From IMG/VR virus record IMGVR_UViG_3300009008_000009, positions 63,742 through 127,741 of that record: a stretch of 64,000 nucleotides of DNA. The stretch is one strand, 5' to 3'. The notes below the pieces were generated by a model. It saw only the letters and a list, made by a program, of their open reading frames with translations. It made no database searches and was not told the DNA's origin. Below are positions 57,516-64,000 of this stretch, in pieces. The DNA comes from a virus. Every line of letters starts with the position of its first letter. The stretch's first letter is position 1. The translations under genes and the position numbers were made by a program.

Positions 57516-58303
57516 TATATGAGATCTCGGCGTTTAAGTGCCTCGTTGACCTTCCTACCAATGTACTCTTTCATCTTCTGTTCCCAACACTCCTTGAGGC
57601 TGGCTGGCCCGGGGAAGGCGTAGGGCGTAGGCTTTGCGTCACACCAGTAACGCCACGCAGTGCGTCGGCGCTCGCTGTCGGACGGTTCGCGGTGCTGCAT
57701 CCCGTGAGCTTCATGAGTCGGGTCGTTACGAATACGCCAGTACTCGTCCTTGATATCGGTGTAAGCCTTCTGCTGCGCAGCGTTCGGTATCGGATGGTCC
57801 TTCCGCCACTTGTTCTCCAGTCGACTCCAAGCCCGGACAGCCACCAACGCGGTCTCCATCGGCCACCCCTTCTCATCCATCACACGCTGGACCCGCTTTA
57901 CCTCCTGTGGGTTAACGTACGCACGCTTGGCCAGCGTCCAACGATCTTGATCTTCTGGGGCAAGGGCGAGGGAATGGTTCTCGTAACATTCACAACCAAC
58001 AACCATCAGTATGTTGCATTTGTCATGCTGAATGTAGTAGTGGTTTTTAATACGTGCGCCGCAGAGCTGGCATGCTTCTTCACCAATCCCAAATCGGGTG
58101 CTTACGGGCTTGTACCCCTTGGGAATCTTCCAGCAGATGGTTGGAGGATCACCTACACTCATATAGAAGCTGCATGGTGTCCATTCCGATGAGGACGTGT
58201 TGAGCTCGGAGAAAGTATCGCCCTGTCGACGTTGATACGCCGATCCCTGCTTCTTCTTAACGCCCGGTATTGTTAGCTGTTGTCCTGTGTCTATCAATTC
58301 CAT
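57515..58303 (-). CDS. Hypothetical Zn-finger protein
   Basis: CQLCG...H...VGCEC; GAGGA RBS; directly downstream of a sigma70 promoter. Confidence 0.7.
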   Translation of the reverse strand: MELIDTGQQLTIPGVKKKQGSAYQRRQGDTFSELNTSSSEWTPCSFYMSVGDPPTICWKIPKGYKPVSTRFGIGEEACQLCGARIKNHYYIQHDKCNILMVVGCECYENHSLALAPEDQDRWTLAKRAYVNPQEVKRVQRVMDEKGWPMETALVAVRAWSRLENKWRKDHPIPNAAQQKAYTDIKDEYWRIRNDPTHEAHGMQHREPSDSERRRTAWRYWCDAKPTPYAFPGPASLKECWEQKMKEYIGRKVNEALKRRDLI

Positions 58304-58336
58304 CTCACCAATCCTCGTCTAACTACGCACAGGTAC

Positions 58337-58365
58337 ATGATAACAATAACTTATACAGGAGTCAA
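58337..58365 (-). promoter_or_regulatory. Host sigma70/SigA-type promoter
   Basis: TTGACT (58365-58360), 17-nt spacer, extended -10 TG-N-TATCAT (58342-58337). Confidence 0.75.
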
Positions 58366-58661
58366 GACTTATCCGAGTCCGGGGGTTCTCTCCACCTCTT
58401 CCCGGTTCGGTAGTCTCGCCCCACCTCTTCCTCGGCGATCATTCGAATCTTTCCGTGCGGATAAACCATAGTTGACGACCGGTTTACCCGTTGGATATGA
58501 TTAATAACCTGTTGAATGTGGGCTTCATGACGTTCAGCTGGGTGTCGGCCTTCACACACCTTTCGATGGGATACGGTACCAAACCCGTGAGTTTGCATCC
58601 CGCAAAATAGGCACTTGAACGCTGTCATCTCCCTCTCCAATCTGCTCCGGTAATACAACAT
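58362..58661 (-). CDS. Small hypothetical Zn-finger-like protein
   Basis: CLFC...HRKVC...H; start uncertain. Confidence 0.5.
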   Translation of the reverse strand: MLYYRSRLEREMTAFKCLFCGMQTHGFGTVSHRKVCEGRHPAERHEAHIQQVINHIQRVNRSSTMVYPHGKIRMIAEEEVGRDYRTGKRWREPPDSDKS

Positions 58662-58667
58662 CTACAG

Positions 58668-58817
58668 CTACTCAAACTGTACGACGGTCTCTTTTGGTTG
58701 GACGTAGGATGTGTGCGTAACCTCTGCGGATGTTGCACACTGTACAATAACAAAGATACCGACTGCGACTACGAGTACCAAGAACCCCTTACCACCATTC
58801 GACCAGTGGATCTTCAT
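58668..58817 (-). CDS. Small membrane protein
   Basis: ATG 58817 with GAGGAG RBS; one hydrophobic helix FLVLVVAVGIFVIV. Confidence 0.55.
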   Translation of the reverse strand: MKIHWSNGGKGFLVLVVAVGIFVIVQCATSAEVTHTSYVQPKETVVQFE

Positions 58818-58827
58818 GTTGATCTCC

Positions 58828-59757
58828 TCAGATCGACTCGAGTATACGAACAAACTCGGCCTTGTCCTTCTTGGACGTTATGCTCGAGTGAATTGCCCGG
58901 AGTGTTGACGCAAGACGTCTGGAGTCCTGACGTCCAATGCGGCTGGCCACTACCTGAAGAATCTTAGCACTGACATCCGCACCCTGCGACCCGGGATAGC
59001 CATTCCACTCTTCGGGCATAATGAGACTGTCCTCAAAGAAGGCCAAGCCAAAGCAACGCTCAAAGGACCGTACCTTTCCACCAGACACCGGGTGATCAAA
59101 CTCGACGCCCTTGTTAATGCCGAACGCACCGATGTGCTCGCAGTACGGGGTTACGTCTGGGTCAGTTGTCTGGTGACCGCACACGTTACATTCAGAGAAC
59201 TGGATCATCGTCCCCATTGACGTGTCGGTAATCCCACCGTCAAGGATGGCTTCGACGGCGTTTGGATAAAGACCGTCCAGCGCTTCCTTCTCAATGGCCC
59301 ATACATTTTCGACCCAGTTACCAACAACCTGATCTCCTTCATCGAGACTGGTAAGCCCCGTGAACGGTGTCAGCACTGGTGACTCGGACCCTTTCTTGGA
59401 GGCCAGTTCTCGAGCAGCCTTTGAAATCACAGCTGATGGAATGTAGGCAGAGTCTACAACCATCCCAATATCCAAACTTGGGTCGTGGTCGATGTCAATC
59501 ATCTGCCCGGGGAAGGTACTGTGAGAACGTAGGAGTTCCACACCTGGGAAACCGTCAAAGTTCTGGTTCGGTCCCCACAGCTCTTCGGCACTGATCGATC
59601 TGTTTCTGACGTACAAGTACTGGTCAGGGTTCAGCTTAATCCCGCGAGACGACGCGAGACGTTTCTGTACCGACTCTGTTGTGCGACCGGCGAGAACAAT
59701 CTTCTCGGGGTTCCGCGCAACCTGAACCATCTTTGATACGCCGTGCTTAACAAACAT
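58828..59757 (-). CDS. Prohead (capsid maturation) protease
   Basis: NQNFDGF, DIDH, TSMG, CNVC...CEH Zn insert, FFEDS, GAD; first gene of the head module. Confidence 0.78.
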   Translation of the reverse strand: MFVKHGVSKMVQVARNPEKIVLAGRTTESVQKRLASSRGIKLNPDQYLYVRNRSISAEELWGPNQNFDGFPGVELLRSHSTFPGQMIDIDHDPSLDIGMVVDSAYIPSAVISKAARELASKKGSESPVLTPFTGLTSLDEGDQVVGNWVENVWAIEKEALDGLYPNAVEAILDGGITDTSMGTMIQFSECNVCGHQTTDPDVTPYCEHIGAFGINKGVEFDHPVSGGKVRSFERCFGLAFFEDSLIMPEEWNGYPGSQGADVSAKILQVVASRIGRQDSRRLASTLRAIHSSITSKKDKAEFVRILESI

Positions 59758-59781
59758 GAGTTAATCTCCTCGTAGTCATGG

Positions 59782-59792
59782 AATGATAGGAT
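59782..59792 (-). promoter_or_regulatory. Putative phage late promoter element (ATCCTATCATT)
   Basis: 25 nt upstream of the protease start; identical to 56920-56930. Confidence 0.6.
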
Positions 59793-60472
59793 CACCCCAC
59801 CCTACGGTAGACCGATACAATCCAATCGATTTGAACTGTCGGAATCACCGATGGAGCCCGGGAAATATCACGAGCAAGCTCAAAGTTTCCAACTTCAGAC
59901 ATGAGATCGAGAAGTAAATCCCCGGACCCATTAGCATCTTCAATACGAAGACCGTCTTCAGTCACGACGAAGTTCCATTGATGCAGACCATTGTATTCAA
60001 CTCGCTTACCCTCGTTCTCGTGGTGAATTAGAACAAGGTATCCGCAACTACACACCCGGGAAGCACACGCCTTAATCGCAGCGGGGGCGTCCTCAGCGTG
60101 GTCCAGTGCGTTACGTGAGTGAACAATGTGGTAGTTATCAAACGGAAGTTGTGCGGTGAGAAGATCTTCGGCACGAAGTGGTAGCATTGCTATACGACTC
60201 GGAATGTCATGGCGAGCCAGTAATTGTTGGTACTTTTCAGCCAGTGGGTCGATACCAACAACAGCGACAGGTTCGTTCTTGTGCCGGTTGGGGACAATTG
60301 AAATAGGACCACACCCAACATCCAAAATACGAGCCTGATGGATACAATCTTCCCGAATACCAAGTGAAGCGGTGAGTAACTTATCCATCCGAAAATATGT
60401 AGACAGATCACGGCCCGAGGTCATACGCATCTCGTAGTCAACCTTGGCCCAGTCACGGCGACCAACCCGCAT
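59792..60472 (-). CDS. Class I SAM-dependent methyltransferase
   Basis: ILDVGCGP, GIDPLA, AEDL, HSRNALDH; frame is open upstream to 60526. Confidence 0.85.
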   Translation of the reverse strand: MRVGRRDWAKVDYEMRMTSGRDLSTYFRMDKLLTASLGIREDCIHQARILDVGCGPISIVPNRHKNEPVAVVGIDPLAEKYQQLLARHDIPSRIAMLPLRAEDLLTAQLPFDNYHIVHSRNALDHAEDAPAAIKACASRVCSCGYLVLIHHENEGKRVEYNGLHQWNFVVTEDGLRIEDANGSGDLLLDLMSEVGNFELARDISRAPSVIPTVQIDWIVSVYRRVG

Positions 60473-60512
60473 CCATTCATCCCAGAACGCGAGCTCGTCT
60501 GCAATTAGTTCT

Positions 60513-61031
60513 TCACTCCACTTCGTCTAGTGTCTCCCTTGGGAACTTAAATCTGGCATCCTTCTTGGCCTGCACCGCCGCCTTGTCCGCCATTTCATTA
60601 CCGGTTATACCTCGGTGGCCACGGACATGAGTCCACCTCACGTCTGGACCATCTAAGTCAAACAGCTCATGCCAGAGATCGAGATTCTTTACATCCTCGT
60701 CGGAGGTTGTTTTCCACCCACACTCCTTCCAGACATAAATCCAGTCCGTAATGCCAAGCACAACGTACTTACTGTCTGAGATGACTTCAATGACCCCGGA
60801 GGACACCAGAGACCGTGCTTTGCGAAGACCTTCAATGGCTGCTGTCATCTCAGCCGTTTGATTCGTGGCCGGGTACATCGGTCCGGATAAAACTTGTGGA
60901 GCTTTCTGGGGCTGAAAAACTACGGCACCCCACCCCCCGTACCCAACTTTGTCATTTGCCCCGTCAACATAAACTCGAATGCACGGCTTCCCTTTGAGTC
61001 TTTTTCTGGGGCCGAGCTTACGTAGTAGCAT
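60513..61031 (-). CDS. rnhA: Ribonuclease HI
   Basis: YVDGA, TNQTAEM, SDSKYV, KNLDLW, HVRGH...GNEMAD; start uncertain (61031 or 61097). Confidence 0.92.
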   Translation of the reverse strand: MLLRKLGPRKRLKGKPCIRVYVDGANDKVGYGGWGAVVFQPQKAPQVLSGPMYPATNQTAEMTAAIEGLRKARSLVSSGVIEVISDSKYVVLGITDWIYVWKECGWKTTSDEDVKNLDLWHELFDLDGPDVRWTHVRGHRGITGNEMADKAAVQAKKDARFKFPRETLDEVE

Positions 61032-61365
61032 CAGGCAGTTCCGGAACGTCAAGGTTAACCAACGCAGCTCGAAGTGCCGACGCCAGCTTAACATCATCAG
61101 CTGATGACTCCAGAAACCCGCTTACATCTAGTGGGTCGACGACGACGATCTCCACATGGACACCGTCAAGTTTACCGTCGTTCACTACAATGGCGTCGTT
61201 ATCATCCGTAACCGGACTGATGATCACGTCGCCACCACACTCGTTCACAAGCCGCTCAAAGAGTTCGTGCCACTTCCCACGATGCACCCCAGCCGTTCGA
61301 TTTAACACCAACAACGATTCATGATACCGTTGTGAACTGAAATACTCCTCGCGCTCCGTCATCAA
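61018..61365 (-). CDS. Hypothetical protein
   Basis: 115-aa ORF with GGAGGAG RBS. Confidence 0.6.
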   Translation of the reverse strand: MMTEREEYFSSQRYHESLLVLNRTAGVHRGKWHELFERLVNECGGDVIISPVTDDNDAIVVNDGKLDGVHVEIVVVDPLDVSGFLESSADDVKLASALRAALVNLDVPELPDATT

Positions 61366-61402
61366 CTCCTCCGTTTACGGATTTTAGAATAAGGTGAGTA
61401 AG

Positions 61403-61819
61403 TCACCCTCGCAACTTCCGCTGCTGGATGATATCCTCTTCGGTTGGAAAGTTAATCTCCTTCCGCTCTTCGGCGGTCAGATACCGAGCACCGAGCCAGC
61501 GGCACACATAGTCAACAATACTCGTGGCTATCGGAATCTCGCCTTGATTGTCGGTCATTCCCTGTGGTTCAAATCGAGAGAACAGCCCCTTTGAAATAAT
61601 CGCCTTGAGTGGAACACCATACTGCAAAGATATGGAAAGCACAGTCGCCCACGAGTCATAAGCACCTGACAGCGCGGTCCCCTCCTTGTCAATGTGAATG
61701 AATACCTCACCGAGACTACCGTCTTCATAAAGACCAGCAACGATAGACCCGGCAACACCACCAATATTAAACTCGTGCTTTACAGATTCACGAGTATCCG
61801 GTAAGCGACGCCGGTTCAT
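61403..61819 (-). CDS. Stand-alone TSCPD domain (class II ribonucleotide reductase C-terminal/NrdJb-like)
   Basis: RRRLP..R, YEDG.LGEVFI...KEG, SISLQYGVPL, RFEPQG, ATSIVDY. Confidence 0.85.
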   Translation of the reverse strand: MNRRRLPDTRESVKHEFNIGGVAGSIVAGLYEDGSLGEVFIHIDKEGTALSGAYDSWATVLSISLQYGVPLKAIISKGLFSRFEPQGMTDNQGEIPIATSIVDYVCRWLGARYLTAEERKEINFPTEEDIIQQRKLRG

Positions 61820-62616
61820 GCAACTTCCTCCCAACCGTAAGACATCACAAAGTCAAGCCGGTCGGTTCCCCGCTGACGTCGGCGAACGTCAGTGCCCTCA
61901 CGAGAGCCCGCTGCATTCGTATTACCTTCGATAGTGGTAACAACACCAGACTCAATGAATTCTTCCACGAATCCAATATGAGTCCAGTCTTCACCACTAC
62001 GATGAACCATAAACAATGACCCCGAAACCTGCTCAGGGATCTGAGGAAGATCGGCAAACGCACCTCGAGTCTTTGCCCATTTTGCAATTTCGTCAACCGA
62101 CCACCCGGGAAGATCCCACAGTGAGTTACCAAACTTCCGCGTTCCGGTAAGATTGTACAGAGCTTGGCGAGTACAGAAAGTCACAAACCCAGCACACCAT
62201 GGAAAGTCCTTACCTGTATGTCCATCCATGTAAAGCGCCACCCACGGACCAGTGTTGTTGGTAAGCTCATGGGCTTTGTTTGCCAGATGCTGTCGTGCGT
62301 ATTGAAGAGCAAGAGCTGGAATGGAACGGGAGTGGTGGGTCTCAACCCAGTTTGCTACAGCTTCTTCATCCTTGAGAATAGGCTGAAGTGCGTTGTACAT
62401 CGGGTGGCGGAGTGCTGCCCACGTGATCTCGTCACAGATGTCGTACCCGGTGATTTTGAGCAGTGCCGCCTGCGTCGCTGGACCGAAGTCCTCGTCAATT
62501 TCAACCCACAGGTCGCGTAGACACAACCATTCCTGCATCAGCTTAACGTCGCTGCCGCTGGCTCCACGGTATAAATTCGGGGGACTTTTCAGTTCTATCA
62601 TGGAGTCGTACATCAA
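61816..62616 (-). CDS. Endolysin: peptidoglycan-binding domain plus CHAP amidase
   Basis: GASGSDVKLMQ...DEDFGPAT; PWCAGFV, HIGFVE, TIEGNT. Confidence 0.88.
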   Translation of the reverse strand: MMYDSMIELKSPPNLYRGASGSDVKLMQEWLCLRDLWVEIDEDFGPATQAALLKITGYDICDEITWAALRHPMYNALQPILKDEEAVANWVETHHSRSIPALALQYARQHLANKAHELTNNTGPWVALYMDGHTGKDFPWCAGFVTFCTRQALYNLTGTRKFGNSLWDLPGWSVDEIAKWAKTRGAFADLPQIPEQVSGSLFMVHRSGEDWTHIGFVEEFIESGVVTTIEGNTNAAGSREGTDVRRRQRGTDRLDFVMSYGWEEVA

Positions 62617-63017
62617 CCGACCTCCTTCTGTGCCTTCTTGGCCTTGCTTTCTTGTATGGTCATAAAGCTCTGGTAAACATCAGCCCACGCTTTTGACCCA
62701 CCACTACAGAATAACCCAGTGATAGTCTTCCCAATCAGAGTCGACTCACTTGCGTACATCATTGCAAAGATGTCAAACCCTGTAAGAATTGAGAAAGCTA
62801 CACACGTACCCATTGTCGTGTACAAGCGAAGGTCGTCAAATCTGACGACCTTCCTGATAGACTTCCACAGTGAAGTAACATAAATCGCGGTCAGAGTCCG
62901 CTCAATAATCAATGTCACAACAACTGCAACAAGTAATGGTTTGAATGGATCAGCACTGGTACCTGACATGTCGGGGAACACTGAACCACCTCGATTCTTA
63001 AGCAGGCTGCCCAACAA
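62613..63017 (-). CDS. Putative holin
   Basis: Two to three hydrophobic segments, GKTITGLFCSGGS, basic C-terminus, adjacent to the endolysin; start possibly GTG 62981. Confidence 0.65.
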   Translation of the reverse strand: MLGSLLKNRGGSVFPDMSGTSADPFKPLLVAVVVTLIIERTLTAIYVTSLWKSIRKVVRFDDLRLYTTMGTCVAFSILTGFDIFAMMYASESTLIGKTITGLFCSGGSKAWADVYQSFMTIQESKAKKAQKEVG

Positions 63018-63219
63018 GCATGAAGCTACGATGAGCTACCCTACGCTGCCGATCCTGTGTTTCCAAGATCTTCTGTTCAAGATCCCGGGCATTTGCAGCC
63101 TGTACGTGGTCGCCGTTAACTATGGAGTAAACACATCCGGTACCCATGTACATTGGGAATCCGAGTACAGTACCAACCCGGAGACCACGCTCAAGTCCGC
63201 TGAGAATTCCGTTCTTCAT
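62998..63219 (-). CDS. Small hypothetical protein
   Basis: ATG 63219 with GAGGAGG RBS. Confidence 0.55.
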   Translation of the reverse strand: MKNGILSGLERGLRVGTVLGFPMYMGTGCVYSIVNGDHVQAANARDLEQKILETQDRQRRVAHRSFMLVGQPA

Positions 63220-63304
63220 GTCGAACCTCCTCAGCCGCAATGGCTGGGTTATGTCAATCTAACCCGAAGAGTGTATGAATTCAACATGAAAGTCGAAACC
63301 CAAG

Positions 63305-64000
63305 TCACTCGTCGGTGTGGCGCTTCTTCTTCTTGGACTGACGTTCCTCGTAGTCAGCGATGGTATCCTCCACCATCGGCATCTTCGGAAATACCTTCTT
63401 ACCCCAACGCGGACGTCCCTTGGGAGTAATGACAATAGCATCTCGGACTTCAACCACACCACGTTCAAGAAGTCCGTGAATTGCGTGACGCTCGTCGTCG
63501 AGCTTCATTCCCTTGTCGAAGTCAACTTCAGCGTCCAGCGTTGCCACAATTTCCTTGAGCACGCGATACTGACGATGCCCAAGCGCGTGGGAAAGAGGAC
63601 GTTCCGGGGGTGTGTTGGAAATCTCAACGTCCCCAAACTTCTCAGTGTGGACGACAATCACGTCGTCGCTGGGCGTCGAGGCAGGGGCCTTCTTCCCAGA
63701 CGCGGATTCACGCTTGTTCGACTTACGACGAGACTTCTTCTGAGCCTCTTCGATCACGGGCTCTTCATCTGACTCATCGTCATCCTCGTCCGTGGTATCC
63801 TCGTCCCCGTCATCAGAGTCAGGTTCATCGTCTGTGTCATCATCCTCTTCATCGGGCGATGGGTCTTCAGCCTCCCCGGCGTCTTCGTCATCTGACTCTT
63901 CGTCATCTGACTCTTCGTCATCTGACTCTTCGTCATCTGACTCTTCGTCATCTGACTCTTCGTCATCGACCTGTGTGTCGTCAGACTCCGAAACGTCGTC
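63305..64000 (-). CDS. 5'-truncated protein with very acidic low-complexity region and C-terminal wHTH-like domain
   Basis: The frame of ORF 63305..63757 stays open to the window edge, reading DDVSESDDTQVD(DEESD)5DEDAG...; C-terminus QYRVLKEI...HGLLERGVVEV. Confidence 0.75.
   Translation of the reverse strand, partial: DDVSESDDTQVDDEESDDEESDDEESDDEESDDEESDDEDAGEAEDPSPDEEDDDTDDEPDSDDGDEDTTDEDDDESDEEPVIEEAQKKSRRKSNKRESASGKKAPASTPSDDVIVVHTEKFGDVEISNTPPERPLSHALGHRQYRVLKEIVATLDAEVDFDKGMKLDDERHAIHGLLERGVVEVRDAIVITPKGRPRWGKKVFPKMPMVEDTIADYEERQSKKKKRHTDE
63882..63967. repeat. 15-bp coding tandem repeat, about 5.7 copies
   Basis: tcttcgtcatctgac repeated perfectly; encodes DEESD on the minus strand. 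Confidence 0.95.

Noticed and set aside
59792-60472. DNA methyltransferase (anti-restriction)
   Set aside because: Lacks N6/N4 (D/N/S)PP(Y/F) and C5 PC motifs.
63754-63966. Track ORF (MTKSQ)n
   Set aside because: Wrong frame of the 15-bp repeat; the DEESD frame is continuous with ORF 63305..63757.
63882-63967. Possible CRISPR array or iterons
   Set aside because: Head-to-tail units with no spacers, in frame within a coding region.
1-64000. Plus-strand ORFs (e.g. 1855..2583, 13597..14379, 45336..46187, 53265..54089, 57398..58192)
   Set aside because: All are antisense to well-supported minus-strand genes and show no recognisable motifs.
1-64000. Stop-codon reassignment
   Set aside because: Genes are intact and dense under the standard code; TAG, TGA and TAA all end genes at coupled junctions.

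Overview
The whole window is a tightly packed segment of a large lytic tailed phage with a contractile tail (myovirus morphotype). Every credible gene lies on the minus strand, with frequent ATGA/TAATG overlaps. In transcription order (right to left): an acidic repeat protein truncated by the window edge; a lysis pair (holin-like, CHAP endolysin); a stand-alone TSCPD domain, RNase HI and a SAM methyltransferase; a head module (prohead protease, a small sigma70-promoter island, scaffold-like protein, decoration protein, major capsid protein, neck proteins and a 2093-aa acidic multi-module protein); a free-standing LAGLIDADG endonuclease; a tail module (sheath, tube, frameshifted assembly chaperones, tape measure, baseplate, FN3-rich proteins); a phage sigma factor; a bacterial-like replisome (SF2 helicase, DnaC-like loader, DnaB, primase Zn-finger protein, DnaX, beta clamp, UDG-fused family A polymerase); a recombination module (RecA, SSB-like, RuvC-like, split Rad50/SbcC around Mre11/SbcD); and terminase. 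The best candidate for an undescribed system is the 2093-aa head-module protein. It is built from acidic modules joined by short basic linkers ending in Ala/Ser, one of which is a perfect 42-bp DNA repeat. Similar linkers recur in the scaffold, the protease and another late protein, which suggests a protease-processed, recombinationally shuffled capsid-cargo polyprotein. All products were assigned by eye from motifs and synteny; no database searches were run. No portal, tRNA, rRNA, CRISPR array or integrase was recognised in this window.
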